A stretch of 64,000 bases of DNA from the human T2T-CHM13v2.0 reference genome, Homo sapiens: assembly GCF_009914755.1 (NCBI RefSeq), contig NC_060929.1; one strand, 5' to 3'. This document shows, piece after piece, positions 14,075 through 28,160 of the stretch. The translations under genes and the position numbers were made by a program. The notes under the pieces are model-generated. The model did no database searches, was not told the DNA's origin, and saw only the letters and a list, made by a program, of their open reading frames with translations. Every line of letters starts with the position of its first letter. The stretch's first letter is position 1.

Positions 14075-14435
14075 TTAGCAGGTACCATGCACTGTTCTCA
14101 TCACTGTAGATGTGCGTTAGCTCATATCTCAAAATAACCTGATTTGCCCCCATTTTATGAATGAGGACACTAAGGCACACAGAGATAGAATAGGAGTTCC
14201 CAGATGTTAGCGTGCATAGTAAATCACCTAGAAGGCTTGTTGAAATAGATCTCTGGGTCTCACCACCAGGTTTTCTGATTTGGGAGGGCCACAGTGGGGC
14301 CTGAGAATCTGCATTTCTAGCAAGTGTCCAGGTGATGCTTATGACCATACCACCATTCCAGGGACCACTGAGATAAATTAAGTTGTCCAGGGCCCCGCAG
14401 TCAATAAAACATAAAGGCTGGATTCAAACCCAAGG
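14075..14435 (-). mobile_element. MIR split by a MER5A insertion
   Basis: 'cccattttatgaatgaggacactaaggcacacagag' continues after MER5A as 'ttaagttgtccaggg...ggattcaaaccc'. Confidence 0.7.
14191..14370 (+). mobile_element. MER5A hAT-Charlie MITE
   Basis: 'aatcacctagaaggcttgttgaaa...gtggggcctgagaatctgcatttctagcaag...gaccactg'; degenerate 8-bp TSD AGATAGAA/AGATAAAT. Confidence 0.85.
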
Positions 14436-15329
14436 AATCAACCTTTAAATGCATTTGCATTACCTCTTGTGATAACTAGACGGGTCTGATGTACCTCACA
14501 AGAGGAATGCCTGTTGCCGTATAAGCCGTTTTCTATTTTTCTGCATATAAATGTGAGTGTCTTTGTGGGTGTATGTGCTTATTTGTGAATGAGTAGACAC
14601 ATGTACATTATAACCAGACACTCCACTGAGTCCAACGTGTGTCAACAGGGAATATCTATTAGCAAATTCTTTAATCATTCCCATACTTAATTTAACAAGT
14701 ATAATCATTAGTTTGTTTCAATAACAAATCTCTGAGCTCATCACAGTCATTATAACCTGTCATTTGGAAATAATGGGTTTATGTTTCAAAGCATGTGTAA
14801 TCTCACACATATTTCCTAGAAGAAAATCAGACTCTGTAATTTGACCTAATGACAAGTGTAATTAATGCTGTAGATTTGTAGACTCTTAGTTATCAAATCC
14901 AACCTCTCATCAGTTTCATAAATTTTGAGATCTGTGAATGTGGTGCTGGTAGCCATTACTTGGAGGCTTCCCAGGTTAATCTGACTCAACTGTGGGCAGC
15001 TCTGTTGCTCTAGTGGCTTGAAAGCTCTTTAGCTCAGTTAACCCAGACCTGCCCTCCTGTGAGTTTCATCTGCCCTAAACCTGTGCCCTCCAGCAAGCCG
15101 TATTGATGTCTCACGTGAGACCATCTCAAGTGTACAAAGATGCCACCCCAAGGATTCTAGCCTTCAATGACCCAGCCTCTCTTCAGTGACTCCTCAAAGA
15201 CCCACCCTCTTTCTGCCTCCAGTTCCACCTGCCCTGAGCACACTTTGACCTGGCATTGTCTCCCCTTTCAAATACAGTGTCCCGAAGTGAATGAAATGCC
15301 CCAGAAAATATTCAAGAACGAGAATCCTA

Positions 15330-15872
<543 letters not shown>

Positions 15873-17779
15873 TCAGAGTTGCTAAAGTGCCTTTCTCAAG
15901 AAAGTTCCAGATTGAAAACTTAATTAAAATAGAAAAAAAAAAGGTTTTCTGTAGCTGAAATTAGCTATTAAAAAGCTAAGTGCAATTCAAAGGAAAACAT
16001 ACCTTCTGTTTATTTAAGACAATAGCAATTTTCTTTTTCATGGAAGACAAACCTTCTAAGCTTCCTTTATCGGTTTTGCTTGGTCTTAAAAAACCCAGTC
16101 TCACCCACTGAGTCATGTTGGAAAACACTGGATGTTTTTTACACTAGATATTTGGAATCGATCTAGCAGAAGAGTTTCAGGGTCCTCTCAGTAGTTTTTG
16201 AAAGCTGTTTCCTGAATCATAAACTTTCATAGCTTGAAGACAGTTTTAAAATTGTCAGGCCAATCTTTTCAGTTTTGAAACCAAGATTCTGAGAAGCTAG
16301 AAGAGTTTCCAAAATGCACAAGCAGTGTCAAAGCCAGTCTGTGAATTTCAGATGTGAACCTAATTCATTGCGATATGTTTTTATTTTCGTAAATCAAATA
16401 TATTAATTTTGGAACATGAGATATTATAAACTCAATGGGTTTTTTATTTTAAGCCAAAGTAAATAATAAACATTTAGTAAAAATTTCACAGTAATTTAAT
16501 TATTTTGGCATTTAGTTAATAAAATCCATAAGCTATGACGGATGCCTTAGAAGTCCAATTTTCAGTGTTTATTTTCTTATGTTTCCTTGTTATGCTTGCT
16601 AATACGGCTTCTGACAGAAGTAAATGTATTAATAGAACTGTTGTAGTCACTCTTATTCCTATATGATTACTAAAAACCAAAGAAAGTTTGGAATTTGTCC
16701 AGGAATGTTAATATTATCTGAACTTGGTCCAGTAAAACAGTAAAACCATCTTTATTTGGAAGAAAAAAAAAACTTTATATGGAATATAAGGTCTCAATTC
16801 ATTAAAACACCATATACATTGTTGTAAAATATCAAATAGATCTTACAACTCATTAGTAGAGCAACTTTGTAATTTGCTTATTTAGAATTGTTAGAGGTTT
16901 TCACCAGCTTCTAGCCAACAGAAAGAACTCACCTGTGCGTTTGAATAAAGTAGACCTGTCATGTTTGTATCAGAAATACTAATTATTCTCACTTCTGTTG
17001 TAATATATAAAGCTATGGAAATTTTATTTTAAGTGTTTCTTAATTTCTAAATTCCTATACATTAGGATGGGTGGAAGGCATTGTCATCTGTTCCCTGGAT
17101 ACTATCCCTGTTCTCATATGGTTTTTCTAAATTGCCAAAGATTTGAAATGCAACCAGGTAAAAGTAATACCATCTAACAGCTCAAGTTATAGCATTAGAA
17201 TTCTTTAGACTAAGTGTCAACTTCAGTTGTCTTATTTTAGAGAGGAAGAAAAGGAGAAACTCAACGGTTTGATTTGCCCAAGTAAGAAACAAAACCAGGA
17301 GCAAACCCGGGTTTCATTGATTACCGGGCTAGCGCTCATTGCCCTGTGCCTGAAGTATATCCTATAAGCTTCCTTAAGGAGATTTTTTTGTGAACTTAAA
17401 ATTATGAGATGGGAGTTGGAAGTTTGAGGACACAGCCAACATTTCTTCACTAGGTAACAGGCACCAGGCCTAGAATAAGACTTCTCTTAAGGGGCAAAAT
17501 TAAATACATTGAAGCCAACGTTTTTGTGATATTTTGGGATGTCTAACCAACATCAGCTCCAGTTCTTTTCGAAGTCTTTATTTTCACTCCTTACCGACAG
17601 CTTAACATGAAAATACTAGAGAGAGTTCACATTTGAAAACATTTTAAAGACTCCCTATCTAATGCTAAATGTCTAAAGTTGAGAAACTCTCAGAGAAAGT
17701 ATTTAGCTTTAAAAACTTTTGTACTTCGAGAAAATAGCGTCTATAGGGTGTAGAATTCCATCTTTTAAGTACAGAATGA

Positions 17780-18154
<375 letters not shown>

Positions 18155-18806
18155 TAGTCGTGTGCCTAGGCTATTTCAGTACTATCAAAAATAATGTTAA
18201 AATGAGGAGAGTCTTGAAATAACAGAGTAAAACTGTGCTCCTTCTCGTAGTCTCCTGACATTGCACAGAACCAGACATTCTCCTCTGGGCTGTACCTGTG
18301 GCTTTTTTTTTTTTCCACGAGAAATTTACACAAAGGATGATGGATCTAGCTACCTAATGATGATGAGAGACAAGGTTCTCTCCATTTTTCTGTTTTCTTC
18401 ACCTACAATCACCTTCCGCACTTCCTGCCCCATGAACACTTTTTCATTCCTTACGGTTTAGTTCAGCCATCATTTCCTCCACAAAGACATCCTTATAGCC
18501 CCTTAATTTGGAGATGCATCACCCTGCTCTGCTGTGCCTTTGTGTAGATTCTGCCTGTATCTCTATCCTAACATTCAATATATTACATTTAAATTCTCTC
18601 AATGTGGTTTTTTTTGTCTGTTTTGTTTTTTTGGTTTGGTTTTTTTTCGATCTCTGCCTTAGGTATCTTTGGTTTTCCTAGATCTGACACATGGGAAGTG
18701 CATAATAAATGAAATTATGTTAAAACAGAAATCTTCATTTTTGGGGTCATTGGAGCTCAATTGAATAGCGTATGTCAAACAAATAGCAGGTCAAATCATC
18801 AGCTAT

Positions 18807-19163
18807 TGTTTTAGTTGACTTTGTTCTTCTATAACAGAATGTTTGAGAATGAGTAATTTATCATAAACAAATTTATTGGTTCAAAGTTCTTTAGTCTGGG
18901 AAGTTCAATATCAAGATACCAGTATCTGGTGAGGGCCTTCTTGATATGTCATCATATGGCGAAAGGCAGCAGAGTGAGAGAAAGAGAGAAAGGGGTCTGA
19001 ACTTACCAATGAATCCACTCCATGATAACGACATTAATCCATTCTGGAGGACAGAGCCCTCACAGCCCAATCACCACTCAAAGGTCTCCTCTCCCTATAC
19101 CATTATAATGGCAATCAGATCTCACTGTGAGTCTGGGAAGAGGCAAACATTCAAACCATGGCT
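18807..19163 (-). mobile_element. MaLR solo LTR (MSTC/MSTD/MLT1A-like)
   Basis: 'aaatttattggttcaaagttct...ctggtgagggccttcttg...cattaatccattc...cagagccctc...aaacattcaaaccatggc'. Confidence 0.8.
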
Positions 19164-19479
19164 GCTACTAAGAGGCATGCGTTGCAGCCAGTTTATCTTG
19201 GAAGACTCACCCAGAATTTAATTTCTTAAAATTCAATATCCTTATGAGGGCAATTGGTAACACCTGCTGTGAATATTTTCCAGGCTACAATTATACAACA
19301 ACACTCCATGCCAAAAATTGTTAAGGACCTTGATCAAGCATTTGTCCTTATGTTCAAGCAGCTCAGAACTGTTTTCTGTGGAAAACCTTGGCCCTGCCCA
19401 TCTCTGCAAGATAGGCAACCATCCAGGCTTTAGGCATTCAGGTGGAAGATACTGAATTTCATAAGACAATGTTTGTTTG

Positions 19480-19630
19480 ATTCCTCTGTGCTTCCAGTTT
19501 CACATCATACCTGAAAAATGGAAATAATACCTATCTTATGAGGTTATTGCAAGAATTAAAAACACATAAAACATTTTAAGTGCCAAGTGTAGTCAGTGCT
19601 ATGTAGGTATTGTTGCTGGCTATTATTAGT
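19480..19630 (+). mobile_element. MIR fragment
   Basis: 'ctctgtgcttccagtttc...aaaatggaaataatacctatcttatgaggttattgcaagaattaaa'. Confidence 0.7.
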
Positions 19631-19642
19631 ATAAGATTGAGT

Positions 19643-19832
19643 TAGAATTGCCAGATTTAGCAAATAAAGATATATAACACCCAGATAAATTCGATTTTTA
19701 AGAAAATGACATAGTATTTCTTTAGTATAAATATATCTCATGCATTATTTGGGACACACTTGTACTAAGAAATAATTTATTACATGAAATTCCGGTTTCA
19801 CTGAGTGTCTTGTATTTAATCTGGCAATCTTA
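19643..19832. mobile_element. MER53 palindromic DNA transposon (MITE)
   Basis: TIRs 'ttgccagattt' / 'aatctggcaa' and internal palindrome 'ttagtata...tgcattatttgggacac...tactaa'. Confidence 0.85.
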
Positions 19833-20820
19833 AGTTGAATGAATGAATGAACCCTAGTTGAATTTTTCAAATATAGCTTTTAAAGGGTTGTTTTCATTAA
19901 CTGAATAGAACATATAAATCCCCTCCAGCTGGGAGCCTTCTCTATTAATTGAACACCTTCTGAGATGGCTTCTTGACTCTGCACTGTAGGCTCAGGTAAC
20001 AAGGTGAAAGGCACCTGAAAATGAATCAGGAACTCTGGGAGACCCAAAGATTTAAAGTTCTGGGGATCCAGCCGACCTTCAGTGCCAAGGAAGGACTTTT
20101 AGGTTTAGTCTCTCCCTGACTTGCCGTGTTACGTTGGAAAGGCTGAACAGAATTTGGTAGAAATCTTAGATATAGTTGATATCCAGAATATGGCCAGTCT
20201 GGATATAATTCATACATAGTGTTTGCCAGATCATTTGTCAACCTACAGGAAACAACTTCAGTGGATCTGAGAAACAGATTGAAGACAGGGCAACAAATGC
20301 TAACATTTTTTGATTTCTGAAAAGTTATCTGGCCTTTAGGCTATTGGCATTTTTAATTAAATAGCTGAAGTGAAGCATGCAAAAAGATCAGTGTTAGTAA
20401 CGCACCCTTAATTTGAATGGTGAAAGATTCATGATCTACTGAAGCCCAGGTCACTGCCCCGCATTATTAGGTTTTTAATATAGCTTGAGTTCTCAGGTTG
20501 CATAAACCAGATAATTAAGTGACAATGGATTTTCATATTCTTATTTAATAGTGACCCTGAATTAACCCTTCAACCTTCAGAGTCATCTTAAGTCTTCATT
20601 TTTATCCTTGTCTTCTACAGTAATTGTCTTTGTGGTGGTGGTGGTGGTGGTTTTTGCAGCTCATTGGTTACAGCTTCTTTTGTTTTTATTTGTTGTTTGT
20701 TTGCCGTTAGTCCCTGGAAATTTGTAACTGCAAAAATACTATAGAATTTTTAAATAAGTCTTCTTATAATTATGAAAAGCTGAAGCTGCTATTGATGTGC
20801 ATTTTAAAACCATGTTCTAT

Positions 20821-20867
20821 ATGTACCCTCTGCATGCAAAATAAAAGTTGAAATTATAAAAACAAAC
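20821..20867 (+). mobile_element. Ultra-short L1PB-like 3' terminus
   Basis: 'atgtaccctctg...aaaataaaagttgaaatt' plus A tail, degenerate TSD, TTTT/AAAA site at 20802-20809. Confidence 0.55.
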
Positions 20868-21451
20868 AAAAGCATGGTCCAATATCATCTCAAGAAATAA
20901 ATGGTTAAAAATGAAACAGACTTTTTTTCCATTCCTACATTTTTTCTAATGTTGGGAGTTCCAAGTAACATATGGTAATGCTTTAAGATTCAAAATCATA
21001 CGCAATTATTTTCATCTTAATAGCATTGGCTTTCTTTGCTTTAAAATTCACCACCCGGCATATAAGTTTGCCTGTCCTCACTCAGTCTGTATTTTCCTAA
21101 AAGTGCTCCTGAAAGTAAAGAATATTAATTATCATTCTGCAGTGGGATCATAACTTTGAAAAGTTGAACATCAAGATTTGCTTTTAATATATCACCATTT
21201 TGTTATTAAAATAATAAGGTGTGACACTTGGATATTTCCTTTGTAAAGATCCTGAGAAGTGATTGCCTTCAGGTTTTCTGTCTTCTCTAGTACAGTATAA
21301 TAATTTGGGTAATTTAAAATAAAACTGAAATCCGAATCATTTACATCTTGAGACGTACCCAGAGAATTACATGTTGTGATGACAAATGAGCAAAGAAAAA
21401 CTCATTTAGCACGTTTTTTGCCCAGATCTCCCCCTGTTTCAAACTCTCCCC

Positions 21452-22043
<592 letters not shown>

Positions 22044-24150
22044 TTCCCAAAGTGCAGCTTATTTTAATTATTACACATATCTTGCATTATTAGTGAGGTT
22101 GAACCTTTTCTGATTTATGTTTATTAGTCACATGTTGACCTTGAGGCCAGTTTTGCTCCCTATTGACTGTGCCCAAAGGGAGAGAAGATGGTGGAGGGGA
22201 GTGGGGATGCCAGGGCAGCACCCAGTCCCAGCACTCAGGCTCAACTCCAAATCCTCTCCCTGGAGCTGCCCATTGCCCACCCGAGGGCAGATTCCCTCCC
22301 CGTGTTCTTTTTACCCTTAGAGTCTAGTTTCCTCCAATTATTACATCTGGAGAGTCTCAAGCAGCAAGGCCTCAGTCCTGGAGTCTAGTTCTTTCTCTGA
22401 ATCTGAAGACAAAATGTGAAACCCAATGGCGTCCTTATCATCCATGCCTTTGATGAAAATACAGCACTTACAAGGTTAACTGGCATCACTCATGAACTGC
22501 TGCTGCTATCATTGTGACTCTTGGGACTGCAGCAGTCTTCTCAAACTGCCTATAACCTCACCCCTTGCATGATGGAATAAGTAGCTTGTGAAGGGAATTT
22601 GCGATTGTTTTGTCTCGGGTATCTGAGAAGAGGTGGGAAAGGGAGTAGACAAGGCATTTTTCAGATCTTACGACATGCCAGTTTCTGCATTTTACATGGC
22701 ACAGTCTCTCCTGATACCTCCAGTGATACTAAGTGGTATTCTCCCTATTTGGGGAAGACCTGGAACAGGAGGCAAACCCAGGGCACACTGACCGCATAGC
22801 CGAGGACCTGGCCTGGTGGTCTCCAAAGTGCCATTCACACAACAGCTAGCTAGCCTCACAGGGCGTCAGTATGATTCCCGGGAAAGAGGTGTCTGTGTTT
22901 AATGGATTTCTATGGTCCAGTGCTGTGGGGAAACACTAGGACATGACCCTGTTAAGCACAGAACTCTTATAAAAGCTTTAATTGGCTAATGTGCAGGGTG
23001 AGCCAAGAGGTCTGTTTTCCACAGACTGTGTTCTGTGAAACGCACTCTGGGAAACATTGTTGGAGAACTCCAGGCTGCTCTCATGGAGCATGGAGAGAAA
23101 ATTCCCCTTTTCAGAAAGTGGTGTAAATTCTGGAGGGATAGTGGAGGGGAGGGAAGGGGCAGGATGTGAGAAGGGGACATGGACAGCATCTTTTCTTTCG
23201 GAATGAAGACAATAGACACCTATCTGCACCCATGGCAGCCCCAGGTTGTGACTTGCCCCTTTGTAAAACCACCATGCCCTCCCATTGCCCATGGCCCTTG
23301 CTCTGTCCACACCCCTCAAGCCCTCTTCCAAGGATGGGAAGTCCTTCCCATCGCTGGCCTTCAGGGTAAGAAAGCAGCCACTGGTCTTAACTGCTTCCTC
23401 CTGATCTCCAGCATTTGTGCTATAAACTCTCTACTCTAAATACTTTATTTAGACTCTGGTTAATGGAACCTACACATCTGGGAAGTCCCGGACCTTTCTA
23501 ATGAATTTAGATTATTCTGGCTTTAAAGAGTCTTGTTTCTACTAAGACTTTCGAGAGCTTGTTTTGAAGCTCTCCTTGTATCACCCTTTCCCTGAGGGCA
23601 GTACATGGAGGAAGCTATTTATGCTGCCTCAGTAGCAGAGAAAAAAGATATAGAAGCAAGTAATCTTTGCGAATAGCAGCCTTGTAATATCATGAAATAT
23701 TATTTTGTTACATCTGTTTAAAGCTTGTTTTTACAAATCCTAGAAATGACACTCACTAGGGAATAAATCAAGCAAGGGAGTGATTTGTTCCTTAACAAAT
23801 ACCAGTTTGTCAGACCTCCGTGTGAAGTTATATATTCAAAGGTAACAGACTGTGGAATAATTACCAGAAATGTGACTAAAAACATCTTGATTTCATCTCA
23901 GGTTCAACTGAACCTTCTTAATACAAGGCATTTGAGTTAACCATCTCGAAAACAGCTAGTTTAAGGAGGTTTTGCAAGTGGCTATCAGTAGAAGAAGGAA
24001 AGCTGATGCAGACACTTTGGTGACAAACAACATTGAGTTTGTAGAAACTCTCTTTATCCAAAGACAGAGAGGAACCAAGGCAATAAGAGATCTCAGAGGG
24101 CTTCATTCTGCAGGTCGGGATGATTGAGACAGAAATTCAAAGAGAGCCTT

Positions 24151-24879
24151 TGTCTTAGTCCTTTTGGGCTGCCTATAACAAAATACCATAAACTAGGTGG
24201 CTTTTTGATATGATTTGGCTGTGTCCCCACCCAAATCTCATCTTAAATTGTAGCTCCTACAATTCCCACATGTTGTGGAAAGGACTCGGTGGGAGGTAAT
24301 TTAACCATAGGGGCGGGTCTTTCCCATGCTATTCTCATGATAGTGAATAAGCCTCATGATATCTGATGGTTTTATAAAGGGCAGTTTTCCTGCACAAGTT
24401 CTCTTCTCTTGTCTGCCCTCATATGAGACATGGCTTTCACCTTCCACCATGATTGTGAAGCCTCCCCAGCCATGTGGAACTGTGAATTGATTAAACCTCT
24501 TTCTTTTGTAAATTGCGTCAGTCTCGGGTATGTCTTTATCAGCAGAATGAAAGCGGACTAATACACTTATAAACAACAGAAATCTACTTCTTATAGTTCT
24601 GGAAGGTGGGGAGTCCATGATCAAGGTCCCAGTAGGGCTCAGTCTCTGGCTGAGAGATGGCACCTTCTTGCTGTGTCCTCACATGGTGGAAGGACAGGAA
24701 AGCTCTCTGGGGTCTCTTTGATAAGGGCACTCGTCTCATTCATGAGGTCAGAGCCCTCATAACCTAATCACTTTCCAAAGGCACCATTTTCTAATACCAT
24801 CACCGATTAGTGATGGTATTAGATTAGTGAAATTTCAACATATGAATTTTATGGGGACACAAACAGTGAGATTAGAGCA
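24151..24879 (-). mobile_element. MLT1A-like solo LTR split by THE1
   Basis: 'tgtcttagtcc...ctataacaaaataccataaactaggtgg' resumes as 'cttataaacaacagaaat...ggggacacaaaca'. Confidence 0.88.
24206..24565 (+). mobile_element. THE1 solo LTR nested in MLT1A
   Basis: TGATATG...CTAATACA termini; TSD CTTTT/CTTAT. Confidence 0.95.
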
Positions 24880-26899
24880 GTCCCAGAGTGCGTTATTTAC
24901 TCAGCTTTGCTGAGGCAGAACAGCTCCAGTATCTTCCCTGATGATTTAATTTCAGCAAACATGGAACAAGACTCTCCTCTCTAAAGCAATAGTCACACAA
25001 GACAAGTCTTTCCAGATTTACCCTCAACCTTGTTATTAGCTGATGGGGCAAGGCTTTGCCGTTTTTCTGTGTGATGCACGGAGACCCATATTCAAGCTAA
25101 GAGAGGTTGTAACACTGGAAGGATGCTTGTTTGTCTTTCTATCCAGGTTGGGAATATCACCTTCAGTCCATCACTTTCCCTTTCTTGCACTGGCTTTTCA
25201 GTACTGTTTAAGAGGAAGGGCATGGACATTCTAAAATTTTCGTGATGATATTGACTACTTTGACAAAAATAAGCATTTTCATTTGAAACACATATTTAAG
25301 TAACAATTTTATATAGGGAAGATCTGATTTCTACTCTTAGAATATAACAGTCATAAGAAGTTGCATCAGAAACATCCAGGTGCTCTTTTTACCATCTAGG
25401 CAATTGTGTAAACTATAAAATGTTGAACTATAGAGCCATCTGTAAATAAAACGTTATTGTATTTGTTAGTGTATTTTCTTTTTCCAGAAAAATGCTTACC
25501 AGGAGTTAAGAAAAGTTATCCAAAACTTGGAAATTAGGCAAACAGAGGGCAGCATGTCATTTCAATATCATATAGGTGGAACACTGGTTAACAAATCCAC
25601 CTAAGGGCTGTACGCTTATCTAGGGAACGTAACTTTGTTTTAATCACCAATTACTATTAACTGAAAGCCTAGATTATGTGATGTTACATGTTAATATGCA
25701 GATTTTTGTCCAATTTTGTATCTCACCCAGAAATCTTATTCCAAATTTTTTTCTTCTCTGCCTATATATTCTTCTTATGCACTTTTGAATCAGCATATTC
25801 ATCTGGTTGGCTCCCTCATTAAGGTGTTAAAGAGTATTTTTACACCAGTTTTCTCTATTTATATAAGGGTCATGTTTTTAAACTTTGAAAATTATTCTTT
25901 GGCATAGGTAGCTTTCTTTTTTTCAGTGGATCTCCATCTTCCATGAAAGACACATACATAAAAGGGATAAAAGTATTGTTTCTCTGAACCCGATAGAGGA
26001 GAAGCTCTCCAGACAATCTTAAATGCACATCTTTCTGATTATAAATCCCGTGGCCTTAACTGGCTTCTCTTCAAGAAGTTCATATCACAACTCTGCCACG
26101 TAGAAGCTGTGTGAACCTGACAAAGTTCTTAATGCTTTCATGCTCTCATTTCCTTTTCTTTCAGCATGCCTGTTTTGTAGCCTTGAGGCTGAAAACCTAG
26201 ACTTCTGGGAGTATGCAGATTACAGAAGTGCTCCTTTCTCAGTAAGATTTACATCCTGCAAATGGTATTGTTAAAGACCTAAGTAGGCAACAAAAAATTT
26301 AGCAAATTCATTGGTTGCTGAATTGCTTATCCTTTAATTCCAGAAGCTATGTGTTAATCACATATCAGTAGGAAATCCTTCCAAGTAATGAGCTGGGCTA
26401 CTCTTGTAAACTACAGTTTCATATTTTAATGGTTACTTTTGCTTAGTAATCAAGTCATGACTTATCAGGGATATACACCATTAGCTTCTTGCCAATGTAA
26501 ATAGTGGGTGATTTGTGAATCATTGCTCTGCCCTTTTAGTAAATATTCTGATGAATGCTATAATTTTTAAGGAACTCAGCATGAATAACCACTCTTGGCT
26601 ATCACCAGCAGGTTTTGAACTGAGGAAAGAAATGAAATGGCCGGTACTTTAACTCCATTTCTTATGGCATTTTTCTTCTATGTAGCACCAATGCAAAATG
26701 CAAGAAGAAATTAAGAGAAGAAAGTGGTCTGATAATTAGACCTTGAATGAGAAAAACAAAATCTTATTTAGAATTATAATATGAAATTATACATTATTAT
26801 GCAATTATAATATGCGATAGAATTTTTAAGAACCAATATTAGAATGGAACCATTAGAATCATGTTTAGAAAGGTCACAGAGGGCAGAGCAGAGTGACTT

Positions 26900-27090
26900 T
26901 TTTTGAATGTCTACTAAGCGTTTTACTTGACACATGCTTCTCAGCTTCACAGTATCCTGGAAGAGTGGATATTACTTTAAAATATGAGAAATAGGGGCCT
27001 GGAGAATGTAAGTGACTTTCTGAGAGTCACGCAGTATAGAACATGAAGGCCATCTGATGCAGGTCTGACTCTAAAGCTGGGCATCTCCTA
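26900..27090 (-). mobile_element. MIR fragment
   Basis: 'atgagaaataggggcctggagaatgtaagtgactttctgagagtcacgcag...aggtctgactctaaagc'. Confidence 0.6.
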
Positions 27091-27419
27091 TTACCACTCA
27101 AGAAAATAACACTGGACAGTGACTGCAATGGAATCCCAAGCATTTCTGTTACAGGACAAAAATCATCTTCATGTGCTTTTGCTTTGCATAAGAGGCACTG
27201 TCACTTGTGTTAGGACTTTCTGTTAAGTTGTAGTCCTTTGAAGTTCTCAAGTAACTAAAAAAACTATATGTCTTGTGGCATCCTGGGTAATTTTATGATC
27301 TGCAGGAAGCTAAAGAACTCTGGGCAGGATTTTAGACACAGGAGTACCTCCAGCCTGGTCAAAATAATTTATTTTTCCACTAATACTTAGATAGGTTATA
27401 GGAACCCTCCTCCTTCCCA

Positions 27420-28160
27420 ATAACATTTATTTGCTTTTTTACTCATTCAAAAAGTAGAATTCCTGGGCACTGTCCTAGATGTCGAGGATGTCAGGGTAAA
27501 CAAAATTCAGATGGTCTCTGCCTTTCATGGTTCTTGTATCTTATCATTGTACCATATTCTATCAGGTTCCTTCATTCACTCTTATTCATCTGTCAAATAC
27601 TTATTGTACACTTACTATGTGCCAGAAATTGTTTTGAAAGCTTTGGGATATGTCAGTCAACAAAAGAAAGATTTCTGCTTTTCTGGGCTCTAACGAAGGA
27701 AGACGGACAATAAGAAACATGAAAAATGAGACAAATTATATAGTATTTTGAAAGGTGATGAGAGCTATACAGAACAAAAAGAAAAAGAAAAACTAGATCA
27801 TGTTAAGAGAGACTGGGAAGATCAGGGTAGCAGGGAAACAGTTTACAGTTTGAAATAAGATGCCCTAGGTAAACCTCATCAGGAAGGTAATGTTGGAATA
27901 AAGATTTGCATGAGGTGAGGGAGTGAGCCGTGTAGATATTTGTGATCAGAACAGTCTAGACAGGTAGTGTCAAGCTTCTAGGTGGGAGTGTGCCTCGTCT
28001 GTTTGAAGAACAGTGAGGAGCAATTCACTAGAACAAGTTGGAAAAGAACAGTAACAAGAACTGAGTTCGGGAGGCAATAGGAGGCCAGAATGTGTGATGC
28101 AGTATGCCCCATTTAGTCAGAGGTACTCTTCAAGTTTAGGAGCAGAGGGTAATGTGACTG
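27420..28160 (-). mobile_element. L2 fragments (3' end and upstream)
   Basis: 'ttcattcactcttattcatctgtcaaatacttattgtacacttactatgtgccag' L2 3' terminus in reverse, followed by purine-rich L2 body. Confidence 0.75.
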
